A stretch of 64,000 nucleotides of DNA from Candidatus Parcubacteria bacterium (GTDB lineage Bacteria > Patescibacteriota > Saccharimonadia > UBA4664 > JBIOIQ01), in the NCBI GenBank assembly GCA_963718875.1, contig OY970378.1:1011691-1075690 (forward strand), read 5' to 3'. This document shows positions 36,028 to 45,343 of the stretch, in pieces. The stretch's first letter is position 1, and every line of letters starts with the position of its first letter. The notes under the pieces are model-generated. The model made no database searches. It saw nothing but the letters and a program-made list of their open reading frames with translations, and was not told where the DNA came from. The translations under genes and the position numbers were made by a program.

Positions 36028-36423
36028 CTAGCTGTTGGCTGAGGGTGCTCCGGGTCGGTCGCTTCGGCCTTCGAAGAACGAGCCCACCTTGTTCTGCTTG
36101 CGCGTCTTCTTGCTCCCGATGTTCATCCATACCTTCGTCGGGCAGCCGACAACTTCTCTTGCGATCCGATCCGCAATCCTGTTGACCGCGTTAGGGGCTG
36201 CTTTGATGCGATCTGGTTGGTAGTACACCTCGAGCCTGATAACGCAGTGCACCCGTCGGTTGATACCAGTGGGGTAGACCGCCGGGATGACGCCGTCGAC
36301 CGGATCGATAACCGGCAGCGCCTTGCAAGCTGTCTCCTCGGCGAGAATCTGGTCGATAGCAGCCACTTGGTCATCGGTAAAGTTGGGTGATCCGAATCCC
36401 GGATAGTAATCGGCGTACGGCAC
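36028..36423 (-). CDS. hypothetical protein (GC-rich islet)
   Basis: GTG start with AGGAG SD; GC-rich; no family recognised. Confidence 0.35.
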   Translation of the reverse strand: MPYADYYPGFGSPNFTDDQVAAIDQILAEETACKALPVIDPVDGVIPAVYPTGINRRVHCVIRLEVYYQPDRIKAAPNAVNRIADRIAREVVGCPTKVWMNIGSKKTRKQNKVGSFFEGRSDRPGAPSANS

Positions 36424-36491
36424 AGCTTTCTTCTCCTGAGTCTGGAGTCGTAATTGTGGTGGCGACTCGTTTATGCAAGCAAACAATATAC

Positions 36492-36520
36492 TTGCATTAG
36501 ATACAATATACTGGTATAAT
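36492..36520 (+). promoter_or_regulatory. sigma70-like promoter TTGCAT-17-TATAAT for the TrmB-family gene
   Basis: near-consensus hexamers with 17-nt spacer, about 15 nt upstream of ATG 36536. Confidence 0.4.
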
Positions 36521-36535
36521 CATACTGTAAATCAA

Positions 36536-37342
36536 ATGATTGTTCAGATGGACAAACAAATTTTATCCACACAACTAACAGAATATGGACTTGAGGAGAT
36601 CGAAGCTCAGGTGTATTTGTTTTTGCTTGAGGCAGGACCACAGACGCCCCTGGAGCTGTCCAGGGCTATAAATATCGATAGATCCAAGGTGTATCGCAGC
36701 ATCGAGAAGCTAACCACTCAAGGCTTTATCGAGCAAAGTCATGCTGCATGGGGCAAAAAGCTGAGGGCAGCGACCCCAGATAACATCTCGAGACTGCTGA
36801 AGCAAGAGGAAGAAGCGCTGCAAAATAAAAAAGAAAGTTTGCCGGATTTGATAAAAGGACTTTCGGACATCTCAACGATCGTGCAGCGAGAGTTTGAAGT
36901 CAAGCACTATCGTGGGCAGGAGGGGCTGCGTCAGATGCTCTGGAATCATTTGGCTGCAACTACCGATATTGTGGCTTTAAGCCACAAGAACAAGAACGAC
37001 ATCGTGGGCAAGAGGTTTGCTGAGAAAATTAGGGCTGAGCAACTAGAGCGGGGAATCGTGCTTTATGAGGTCGAAAACGAAACGGACCAAGGCGACTATT
37101 GGTATACGGATATAGGCACCAAGAATAAAGAAGCCTGGGAGAAGTGCTACAAATCACGTTATATTCCGCCAGAAGTACTGGAGATCACGCAGTATGTAGC
37201 CGTTTTCAATCACACTGTGTCCATTATTAACTGGCAGGACGGGGAAGAGGTAGGCCTGGAGATCATCAATAAGCCATTTGCCGATATGCAGCGTCAGCAG
37301 ATCTGGAAGTTTTGGGAAATTGCCGGGGAAACTTCGGCTTAG
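36536..37342 (+). CDS. TrmB family transcriptional regulator (wHTH N-terminus plus TrmB C-terminal domain)
   Basis: LTEYGLEEIEAQVYLFLLEAGPQTPLELSRAINIDRSKVYRSIEKL TrmB-type HTH. Confidence 0.55.
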   Translation: MIVQMDKQILSTQLTEYGLEEIEAQVYLFLLEAGPQTPLELSRAINIDRSKVYRSIEKLTTQGFIEQSHAAWGKKLRAATPDNISRLLKQEEEALQNKKESLPDLIKGLSDISTIVQREFEVKHYRGQEGLRQMLWNHLAATTDIVALSHKNKNDIVGKRFAEKIRAEQLERGIVLYEVENETDQGDYWYTDIGTKNKEAWEKCYKSRYIPPEVLEITQYVAVFNHTVSIINWQDGEEVGLEIINKPFADMQRQQIWKFWEIAGETSA

Positions 37343-37756
37343 TAGCGTCGTAGGGCACTACTTGGTGCACATGTTGGGGTGGACGCAACCCGTTTTATAA
37401 GCGCAGCCGTTCCGGTAATTTGAAATTGAAGTGGCTGGTGCGCCTGGAGGGACTCCCCGGCTCGGTGGCCGGGGTAAACTTCTCGTCCCTATGATTGTTA
37501 TCTGGTGCCCCTAATCGGACAGCTTTCAAACCCAGGTTTCCATGACGCGATCAGTATTCTGTATCATTCCACGCTGGAAGCCTAAGGCCCGGTACGACAT
37601 CGATTACACCTGCTTACACAAGCTACAAAAAGAAACCTCTTTGTCGTTATACAGCGGGCGGGCTCTGACGAACATTGGCCGAACGTCCAGAAATTGCTTG
37701 TTTGTTGCCGTTGCGTCCTGGAACTTCCGCCAGGCGGCGTGATCGAGCCTGGAAAA

Positions 37757-38137
37757 TCAGGCTGCTCGCTCTGATGAGACTGCTTTGGCCGTTGCAATAA
37801 CTGCATCTCGAGCTGCTTCAAGATTAGCGCTAGCCTCTTCAAGAGCTTTCGCGGCAGCATCGCTGGCTTCTCTAGCCTGAAGATACTCTTCCATGGAGGC
37901 CCTGGTTTCACTTGTGTGACTTTCTACAAGTGCGGGATCAATACCTAGATCGCGTGCGGCATCAACAGCAAGCGCCTCTCTCTGCATATTCCATACGGCA
38001 TCATAGTCCTTGCCTTCTTGGGTAGATCGTTCCCAAGGCGTATCAGTGGCTCGTGCAACGTCTAGCGACTCAGCCGCTCTGCTTGCATTGTCCATTGTTT
38101 CTTTTGATATGTCTTCGTACCCTTGTGACTCGCCCAT
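37757..38137 (-). CDS. hypothetical acidic alpha-helical protein (islet cargo)
   Basis: 126 aa from MGESQGYEDISKE; GC-rich. Confidence 0.4.
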   Translation of the reverse strand: MGESQGYEDISKETMDNASRAAESLDVARATDTPWERSTQEGKDYDAVWNMQREALAVDAARDLGIDPALVESHTSETRASMEEYLQAREASDAAAKALEEASANLEAARDAVIATAKAVSSERAA

Positions 38138-38359
38138 ATGAAAAAGTTCCTTCTTTAAAGCATATAGGATCAATGTTACGCCAAACACTCATTTACACAA
38201 GTTGTTTGATCAAGTGGCCTTAAACGCAAGGCGCCTCCCAGAACTGGCGAGTAGCCTTGCCTGGGAGGCGAATAAGGACGATGGTGACGGGACTGGCTGG
38301 TGACGCCTGTCATGCGACAAGCTCGTCAAGTGACCAGGGCGAGGCGAGGAAATTGGCGA

Positions 38360-38794
38360 TCAGCTACTCGATGGCTTGAGTGCAGAGGGATCAGTGGAAG
38401 CAATAGACGCCTCCAGTAGCCTGCGCAGGGAATCCGGGGTTTCGGGCCCGAATAGCTTGTCGAGCGTTCCTGCTTCCTCCACATTCGCAGCAAACCCTCC
38501 TTCGATCAGTTGACGATGCCGCTCCGCACGCACATCTGGAGGTTCGGGAAGGTAGATGTCACAGTCCCAGTGACCGTCTTCCATAGCATCTTCTCTGAAC
38601 GAGGAGTCTTCTTCGCCGAAGTACTTGGACAAGTCTGTCACTCGGAAGACCAGGTCTTGATCTCCACAATAGAACACATGCCCCGGTCTGACTTGCCAGT
38701 GGGCTTGCAAATCAGTATCGGCTCGGCACAGCTCGATGTACTCGTCCGTGGCCCAAACAGGCCGTTCCTGAAGGTCATGGCCTGAATTGCTCAC
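38360..38794 (-). CDS. hypothetical acidic protein (islet cargo)
   Basis: GTG start 10 nt after a GGAGG SD; GC-rich. Confidence 0.4.
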   Translation of the reverse strand: MSNSGHDLQERPVWATDEYIELCRADTDLQAHWQVRPGHVFYCGDQDLVFRVTDLSKYFGEEDSSFREDAMEDGHWDCDIYLPEPPDVRAERHRQLIEGGFAANVEEAGTLDKLFGPETPDSLRRLLEASIASTDPSALKPSSS

Positions 38795-39290
38795 TTTTGA
38801 CGAGCCTCCTCCGCATCCGGGACTTCCGGTGTTGCGACAAGCCAAGCGCTAAGGACTAGTACTCGGGTTGTCGCAGCGGAGGAATAGGCTACTTATACTG
38901 AAATAAGTTGAGTTAGGCAAGCACAAGCGTAACGCAGGCTCCTACTATGCGTCTGTCTTCTTGTCCTCTGCTTGGACTTGCTCCCTTGCTAGTTCGATCA
39001 GGGCCGCGACGAACAAATCGACCCTCGGCTCTTTCTTCTTAACTCCAGTTACTCTGACGCGGCGCTGCGGACGGGGATTGGGTTGCTTTATTGGTACATC
39101 TCATTAATTACCGCGATTGTCGCGCCGACACGAGATATCTGCAAGAGCAAAAAACGGCATTAATGTTGACAATTTGAAACAACCAGAGCATAATATTGTC
39201 CACGAATTGGCATCTCCCGTTGAGTTTCTTTAGCAGGCTGCCGCAATGCAGCAGTCGCCTGCTTCCCGGAACTCAACGCTAGGAGAACTG

Positions 39291-39629
39291 ATGCGTTTCA
39301 TTGACCTGTACAACGTGAGCGTGGAACGCTACTGGACGGCACAAGCCACTCGAGAAGACGGCTCAGCCAACAGCTTCATCAACGTAGCCACCGATGTGGC
39401 CGAAGATCTTGTGACCACTCTCGAAGACTCTGCCGAGCTGCTGGCCGACATTGTCAGGAACTGCCCACCTCCAAACCTTGGCGAGCTCGAAGCCAGCAGC
39501 TGGATCGAGTTCGTCGTATTTCTTTTCTGGAACATGGCCGGCGAACGCGCCAGAACAAACGATCGCATCACGGCCGAGGATGATCGACGCGATCGCATCG
39601 AGGCCCTTCAGAGGGGATCCAGGGCCTAA
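39291..39629 (+). CDS. hypothetical protein (islet cargo)
   Basis: AGGAGA SD 4 nt before ATG; followed by a 9-bp GC hairpin at 39649-39681. Confidence 0.45.
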   Translation: MRFIDLYNVSVERYWTAQATREDGSANSFINVATDVAEDLVTTLEDSAELLADIVRNCPPPNLGELEASSWIEFVVFLFWNMAGERARTNDRITAEDDRRDRIEALQRGSRA

Positions 39630-39648
39630 CGGCCGACAGACTCGCACT

Positions 39649-39690
39649 GGCCCTGCATGCTCACATCGAGTGTGCAGGGCCGTTTCATTA
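39649..39690 (+). terminator. hairpin GGCCCTGCA-n15-TGCAGGGCC with a weak U tail
   Basis: perfect 9-bp stem immediately after the stop of 39291-39629. Confidence 0.3.
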
Positions 39691-39918
39691 AGTATTGTTT
39701 GCAAGAAAAAAATGAATCGACATTGAACCACACTGCGAGAAGTTGAATCACTAGGCAACATTACAGACTTCAAGCGGACCTATCGAAAGGGGATAGAGCA
39801 ACTTCTTACTTAATTGCCTGACATTTTGCTGCTCACGACAAGTGCCCCTAAATACAAAAAAGAGACTTTGCTAAGTCTCTTTTCTATACTTTTGTGTAAT
39901 TACACAGGTGTTTTTCGA

Positions 39919-39994
39919 TGGTGCGCCTGAAGGGACTCGAACCCCCGACACCCAGATCCGGAATCTGGTGCTCTATCCACTGAGCTACAGGCGC
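39919..39994 (-). tRNA. tRNA-Arg (anticodon CCG)
   Basis: 76-nt cloverleaf: GCGCCTGTAGCTCAGTGGATAGAGCACCAGATTCCGGATCTGGGTGTCGGGGGTTCGAGTCCCTTCAGGCGCACCA. Confidence 0.9.
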
Positions 39995-40050
39995 GTGTAG
40001 GTAATTATAGCCTATACATTCACCTACATCCCCGCTACAATCGATGCGTT

Positions 40051-41349
40051 ATGCCTAAATCAATCAAAATTACCGGTGGAAGACCCTTGCGGGGCGAGGT
40101 TACTATTAGTGGAGCCAAAAACGCCGCTACCAAGATGATGATAGCGAGCCTGCTGACGGACGAGCCGGTAGTTTTGCACAATTGCCCGCAGATTGGGGAC
40201 GTTGAAATAACGGCCGAAATTTGCCGGGCGGTGGGTGCAAAAGTGACGTTTGACGGTTCAACGGTTAGCCTCCATACGCCAAAAATATTGCGGCCAGCAG
40301 TTAAGCGGTTAAGCCAAAATAATCGCATTTCGGTTTTAGCTATTTCGCCTTTACTGCACCGCGCCGGTAGCGCTGCTGTACCAAAAGTATCGGGTGACTT
40401 TATTGGACCGAGGCCGGTTAACTTTCATCTTGATGCTTTGCGAAAAATGGGAGCAAACATCGAAGAAACTAGTAAAGGCTACAAGGCAAAAGCTACAGGA
40501 CTCCATGGAACGTCCATCACCTTGCCGTATCCAAGTGTTGGTGCGACGGAAAACGTTATTTTTGCGGCTGTTCTTGCCCAAGGTAGGACGATTATCAAAA
40601 ATGCGGCTACTGAGCCGGAAATAACCGACATCATTAAGATGCTCCAACGCATGGGAGCGATCATTGAGTTTCGGGCCAACCGAACCATCATTATTGACGG
40701 CGTAGAAAGACTGGGCGGCGTAGAGTACAGCATAATCCCCGACCGCATTGAGGCCGCTTCATATGCCATTATGGCCGTAGCAACGGACGGGGACATTTTG
40801 GTTAAAGGTGCAAGGCAAGAAGACCTCATGACCCTCCTCAATACCATAAGACGAATTGGGGCAGACTATACAATTGAGGAAGGCGGAATTCGCTTTAAAA
40901 GGATAGGCCGGACATTAATTGGTATTGAGCTTGAAACCGATACCCATCCCGGATTTATGACTGACTGGCAACAGCCTATGGTGGTACTCTTAACCCAGGC
41001 TGAAGGGATTTCGGTAGTACATGAAACGGTTTATGAAGATCGTTTTGGGTATGTTGAAACACTAAAGGCGATGGGATCAAGCATTACGGTTTTTAGTAAA
41101 TGTTTGGGTGAACTACCTTGCCGATTTAACGGTGAGGGTTATAAACACAGTGCCGTCATTAAGGGTCCTACGCCTTTACGTTCAGCCAAAGTGGTGATTC
41201 CAGATATTCGGGCCGGGATGGCTCAAGTCATCGCAGCATTAATAGCCGAGGGCACTTCGGAGTTGACGGGGTTAGAGCACTTGTTGCGCGGATACGAGAA
41301 CTTGCTTGATAAATTGAAGTCCGTGGGCGCGGATTTTAGCGCCAAATAG
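40051..41349 (+). CDS. murA: UDP-N-acetylglucosamine 1-carboxyvinyltransferase
   Basis: 432 aa; EPT-fold MurA colinearity (KISGAKNAA-type N-terminus, catalytic Cys region). Confidence 0.85.
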   Translation: MPKSIKITGGRPLRGEVTISGAKNAATKMMIASLLTDEPVVLHNCPQIGDVEITAEICRAVGAKVTFDGSTVSLHTPKILRPAVKRLSQNNRISVLAISPLLHRAGSAAVPKVSGDFIGPRPVNFHLDALRKMGANIEETSKGYKAKATGLHGTSITLPYPSVGATENVIFAAVLAQGRTIIKNAATEPEITDIIKMLQRMGAIIEFRANRTIIIDGVERLGGVEYSIIPDRIEAASYAIMAVATDGDILVKGARQEDLMTLLNTIRRIGADYTIEEGGIRFKRIGRTLIGIELETDTHPGFMTDWQQPMVVLLTQAEGISVVHETVYEDRFGYVETLKAMGSSITVFSKCLGELPCRFNGEGYKHSAVIKGPTPLRSAKVVIPDIRAGMAQVIAALIAEGTSELTGLEHLLRGYENLLDKLKSVGADFSAK

Positions 41350-41358
41350 TCTAGATCA

Positions 41359-41423
41359 GAAGTCAGACTTCAAATCTAGACCACCTAAGCATGGTTATTA
41401 AAGTCTGACTTTTAAATCAAGCA
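41359..41423. repeat. paired nested-palindrome repeat R4 (GAAGTCAGACTTCAAATC ... AAAGTCTGACTTTTAAATC)
   Basis: same family; immediately downstream of murA. Confidence 0.55.
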
Positions 41424-41609
41424 TTGGCCGCTCCTACCGTTCAGGATCTCTTAACCTGTACTGCGTTCTCGCGTTCTTAGTTCAAGAGGCCCTGAATCGA
41501 GTTCAGGGTGACAACTAAGGGCTTTGGTAGGGATGAAATGAGCTAAACAGTTGTATAATTTACACATTTGTGCTGTAATAAATGCACGACCATATATGGG
41601 AGGGTTTTC

Positions 41610-41852
41610 ATGACTCTATTGGTTTTCGGAGCGCAGTGGTTGAGTGTCGGTCTGGTATCGGCGCTGGTTTGGGCCGTAACGGCCAAACGGATGGGACGAA
41701 TTCGACGAGACGGTGATGTCTCCGGCTTCATCTTCATCATTCTTTTAGGGCCAATCGCGGGCTTCGTGGCTATCTATGACAGCACCATCCATGAAGAGCT
41801 CGAAGAGGGAGAAGCAGAGCGAATTAGGGCCGGAACCGCGTCAACGACGTAA
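41610..41852 (+). CDS. small two-helix membrane protein (hypothetical)
   Basis: GGGAGG SD 6 nt before ATG; 80 aa with two hydrophobic segments. Confidence 0.4.
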   Translation: MTLLVFGAQWLSVGLVSALVWAVTAKRMGRIRRDGDVSGFIFIILLGPIAGFVAIYDSTIHEELEEGEAERIRAGTASTT

Positions 41853-41917
41853 ACCCCAGGCCATTGAGGTGGCGGGACGGGCTCACCAGAGTTCGTCCCG
41901 CCACAACGTTTTATAAA

Positions 41918-43711
41918 TTACTTATATCCTTCCGCCTGCAGTTCAAATAATTCGCGATAATGGCCACCCTTAATTTTCACCAAATCATTGTGAGTACCAT
42001 GTTCAATTAGCCGGCCTTTGTCCATGACGTAGATGTGGTCGGCGTTACGAACCGTACTAAAACGGTGGGAAATAATGATGGTGGTTTTATCTTTTTGGGT
42101 TTTATTAATCTGCTGAAATATTTCGTATTCTCCCCGAGCATCAATAGCGCTAGTTGGTTCGTCTAGAATCAAAATCCCGGCGTTACGAAAAAAAGTCCGG
42201 GCAAGCGCAATGCGCTGCCATTGTCCGCCCGACGGCTCTATCCCCTCCGCAAACGAACGATCTAATATTTGGTGGTATTTTTTGTTGTAACGCTCGATAA
42301 AATCATTAGCGCCAGCCGCTTTTGATGCCTTGATCATCCGGGTGTCGTTATGATAATCCAGCACATCGCCCAGCTTAATGTTGTCGCCTGCCGACAAATA
42401 ACCGTAGTGGTTGAAATCTTGGAACAGTACCCCTATATGGCGGTACCAGTCAGACAGTTTAAGCTCTTTAATATTGTGGCCGTTGATTAATATCTCGCCT
42501 TCATCAACGTCATAAAACCGCATCAAGAGCTTGATGAGAGTGGTTTTACCGGCGCCGTTTTCGCCTACTATTGCGACTGCCTCACCGGGCTGGATGACCA
42601 TGGAGAAGTCTTTAAAAATGTAGTTTTTGGTGTGGGGATATTTAAAGGAAATATTTTTTACCTCAATGAGCGGAACTTCTTTGGCTGGCAATGAAACTGG
42701 CTGGGCTGGCTCAACTACTCTTGGTTCAAGCGCCAGTAAATCAAATGTATCTTCAATGTAACGCTGGTTGTCTTGCATGCGCTGGTATGCGGTAGATAGG
42801 CTAGTGAGACTCCCTGAAAAATTATTCACAACTTGGCGGTAAAACTGAAAATCCCCTAAGCCAAATTTGCTGCCTCGCCCTAAAACTTTCAAGAGCAGCC
42901 ATATGTCCACACCCAGCTCAACGGCGCCACTCAATATAGCTGCACCGCTACGGCGCTTCAATGCCCGCTTTTCGATTTTGACGTCTAAGTCTTTAAATCT
43001 TTGAAAAAAAGTTTTCCATAAACCCACCATGTGGTTATAAATACCGGTCATTTTAATTTCTTTGACCATTTCCGGGTTAAGCAGGGTGGTGCGTGAGTTC
43101 CACATATGACGCCAGTCATCACCAATAATGTCCCAGCGGCGCCAACGTTCTAAACTGGTTTGAGTCTCAATTATTACGACGGGCGCAACTGAAATTAATA
43201 AAACAAACAACAAAATGGGGTTTAATAGCACTAAGGCGGCTGCAGCTACCAATAAGGTTACGAGGGAGGAAATAAGTTGGAATAGATTGGTCGAAAATTG
43301 TGTTAAGGCATAGCGGTTTTCGTCCACTTTGGCTAGTTGGGTATTAAAGCTGGGGTCTTCATAGTAGCTTTGATCTAGACGTTGAAACTGGCTAAACAGT
43401 CGCTGCTGCAAGTGCATATCAAAACGATAATCCGTGACGGAACTCCAGTATCTATCGAGGCTTGCCAGTAGCTGGCCAAGAAAGCTAAGCCCAGCCACTA
43501 AGGCTGTCAGGGCAAATATGGGCGTTGTTGAGCCGTTATGATCTACCAGGTAATTGACCACAAGATTAATAATGCGGCCAGCCAGGTAAGCGTTGGCTAG
43601 AGGCAAAATGCCCTGTAGTATTTGAAGGACGAAGCGGCCAAAATAAAGTAAAGGGGATGTTTCCCAAGCAAAAAGCACAGCCCGCTTGGTTGTTTGCCAA
43701 AACTTTTTCAT
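41918..43711 (-). CDS. ABC exporter, fused permease/ATP-binding protein (MsbA-like type I)
   Basis: N-terminal six-helix TMD; C-terminal NBD with GENGAGKTT, LSGGQWQRIALAR, ILILDEPTSAID. Confidence 0.75.
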   Translation of the reverse strand: MKKFWQTTKRAVLFAWETSPLLYFGRFVLQILQGILPLANAYLAGRIINLVVNYLVDHNGSTTPIFALTALVAGLSFLGQLLASLDRYWSSVTDYRFDMHLQQRLFSQFQRLDQSYYEDPSFNTQLAKVDENRYALTQFSTNLFQLISSLVTLLVAAAALVLLNPILLFVLLISVAPVVIIETQTSLERWRRWDIIGDDWRHMWNSRTTLLNPEMVKEIKMTGIYNHMVGLWKTFFQRFKDLDVKIEKRALKRRSGAAILSGAVELGVDIWLLLKVLGRGSKFGLGDFQFYRQVVNNFSGSLTSLSTAYQRMQDNQRYIEDTFDLLALEPRVVEPAQPVSLPAKEVPLIEVKNISFKYPHTKNYIFKDFSMVIQPGEAVAIVGENGAGKTTLIKLLMRFYDVDEGEILINGHNIKELKLSDWYRHIGVLFQDFNHYGYLSAGDNIKLGDVLDYHNDTRMIKASKAAGANDFIERYNKKYHQILDRSFAEGIEPSGGQWQRIALARTFFRNAGILILDEPTSAIDARGEYEIFQQINKTQKDKTTIIISHRFSTVRNADHIYVMDKGRLIEHGTHNDLVKIKGGHYRELFELQAEGYK

Positions 43712-43754
43712 TTAGTAATCATAACAATAAACACTCGCGGTCGGAAAGTCCTGG

Positions 43755-43788
43755 CAGCAGGACGAGGCGCGAGCGCCCCGCCCTGCTG
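43755..43788 (-). terminator. GC hairpin CAGCAGG...CCTGCTG downstream of the IMPCH-domain gene copy 1 (no U tract)
   Basis: near-identical hairpin recurs at 44467-44495 after copy 2. Confidence 0.3.
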
Positions 43789-43802
43789 TTTGATGTCGCA
43801 CT

Positions 43803-44361
43803 TCAGCCCAGCTGTTCCAACACCCACGCCGCAACCCCAGCTGCATAGTTGCGGCAGTACTTCACTGCCTTGCCCGTGAGATAAACGCGCATTCCTCCGG
43901 AAAGCACGTTGTCGTGTGCCTGAAGATCTGACAGCACGGCGGAGTAGTTCTCGGGGTCAACCACAATGAATGGACCATCTTCGTGGTTCTTGATGCACCC
44001 CCAAATCATACTTGGGCCACCGACGTCGATACCGGCGAAAGAAGAAGGAGGGGTGGGATAGAGATTGCAAACCACTGCGTCTATATGACCGTAGCCTGCT
44101 GCAGCCAGCTCTGCCACATCCTCCTCCACGGATCTCCGAGCCAGAATGGGTCCGTGGATCCCGGGGTGCAAGGTCTTAACTCGACCTCCCATCATCTCTG
44201 GCTGACCAGTGACCTGCGCGACTGAGGTGAAGTCGATGCCCGCTTCAGCCAGAAAATCTCCTGTACCGCCACTGGCCACGATCTCCCAGCCCAGCTGCTT
44301 GAGCCGTTTTAGCGAAGACCCGAAGGCCTTTGGTGTTTGAGACGGAAATCAGAACGCGCAT
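43803..44361 (-). pseudogene. stand-alone PurH N-terminal IMP cyclohydrolase (MGS-like) domain gene, copy 1, frameshifted
   Basis: [20 protein letters not shown] reads in one frame and [15 protein letters not shown]...GGRVKTLHPGIHGPILARR...IDAVVCNLYP in the next; the shift lies in a TTTT/AAAA run at 44307-44310; no AICAR formyltransferase domain follows. Confidence 0.5.
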
Positions 44362-44466
44362 ACGACGTGCTCCTTCTGGAGAAATGGCCGGAACAGTTTC
44401 CGACGGGGTAATTATGGGTTCAAGGATAAAACTAAGCAAGCGTAAGCGATTAATAAGTGTTGGGAA

Positions 44467-44495
44467 GCAGGACGAGGCGCGAACGCCCCGTCCTG
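44467..44495 (-). terminator. GC hairpin CAGGACG...CGTCCTG downstream of the IMPCH-like gene copy 2 (no U tract)
   Basis: paralogous to the hairpin at 43755-43788. Confidence 0.3.
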
Positions 44496-44507
44496 GTGGG
44501 CTGTCGA

Positions 44508-45068
44508 TCAGTGCGGAGGTGGTCCCATCTCTCTAAACAGATCAAGGACAGATTGCGAGTACAGCGTTGTGTACTCGTACGTCTTAAGCGCCAGATTCCA
44601 CCTTGTGTAATCAGACAGCTGCCCTCCGTTGCTGCCTAACTCATCGATCACACTGGGATAGTCACCTGGATCTACTAGCACAACCACATGTCGCCAGTTG
44701 GCTGCTGCCGTCCAAAGGAGGGCATGCCCTCCATGATCTCCTCCGTCAAGACCAGGCTTCCTTAAATTGCAAACGACCCAGTCGATTGGACGAGAAAGGA
44801 TTGCCTTCAACCAAGCCATGTCGGACTCGACGTCACGGTGAGCTCCAATAGCAGAAAAGATGCCTGGATCTACTGCCCTCCGCCTTCTACCACCTTCAAC
44901 TTCCTCGAAGAGCAGAGCTGGTTTGTATTCACGGATGGGCCGACGAGTTGTACCCAAGGCTTCCTTAGTGCCTCCGCCGGCCATGAGGGTCAGTCCGAGT
45001 GCTTCGAGCGTGTCTGCCAGCTCTTCCAAGCCAGTCTTGTCATCAACGCTCAACAGTGCATACGCCAT
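44508..45068 (-). CDS. stand-alone PurH-N (IMPCH/MGS-like) domain protein, copy 2, degenerate catalytic motifs
   Basis: ALLSVDDKTG, GGGT and IDWVVCNL conserved, but the GGRVKTLHP motif is replaced by GGRRRRAVDP; GC-rich. Confidence 0.45.
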   Translation of the reverse strand: MAYALLSVDDKTGLEELADTLEALGLTLMAGGGTKEALGTTRRPIREYKPALLFEEVEGGRRRRAVDPGIFSAIGAHRDVESDMAWLKAILSRPIDWVVCNLRKPGLDGGDHGGHALLWTAAANWRHVVVLVDPGDYPSVIDELGSNGGQLSDYTRWNLALKTYEYTTLYSQSVLDLFREMGPPPH

Positions 45069-45166
45069 GCGAGTCGCTCCTTGTCGAAAGAAAAGGCCGG
45101 GCTGTCCGGCGGAGCTATTATGCTTGTTAAAGCCGTTATTTGCAAGCTTAAGCTTTTTTTTCTATC

Positions 45167-45290
45167 TGTCATTCCCTACCGGAAACCAAACTCCACCATT
45201 GCCTAGTTTGGTGCTCCGGATAGGGAATCCAGGCATTTTTAGCTTTCACATTTTTATTTTCTTTTCTGGGCCCCCTATCCGGAGCGCAGA
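45167..45290. repeat. modular palindromic repeat, gene-less copy (TGTCATTCCCTACCGG..CCGGATAGGGAATCCAGG ... TTTTCTTTTCTGGGCCCCCTATCCGG)
   Basis: module 1 and module 2 both present, with an inner hairpin ACCAAACT..AGTTTGGT. Confidence 0.55.
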
Positions 45291-45343
45291 TGAGCTTTTA
45301 ACAGTTTGTACCGGCTTCCGATAGGGGGTGACAAAAAAGACAC

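Larger units (their letters stand above)
37436..39994. mobile_element. remnant tRNA-Arg(CCG)-anchored genomic islet (no integrase retained)
   Basis: bounded by the tRNA at 39919-39994 and a 19/20 direct repeat of its 3' end at 37436-37455; interior is GC-rich hypothetical ORFs; conserved end motif at 37451-37487. Confidence 0.45.

Noticed and set aside
37770-37800. CUGAUGAG string resembling the hammerhead ribozyme core
   Set aside because: No downstream GAAA or compatible stem I/II/III pairing and no GUH cleavage triplet in register. It lies at the 3' end of a protein-coding ORF.
16341-41423. CRISPR array interpretation of the AAGTCNGACTT repeats
   Set aside because: There are only two arms per locus, in inverted orientation, with no regularly spaced unique spacers. 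The four loci are scattered across the window.
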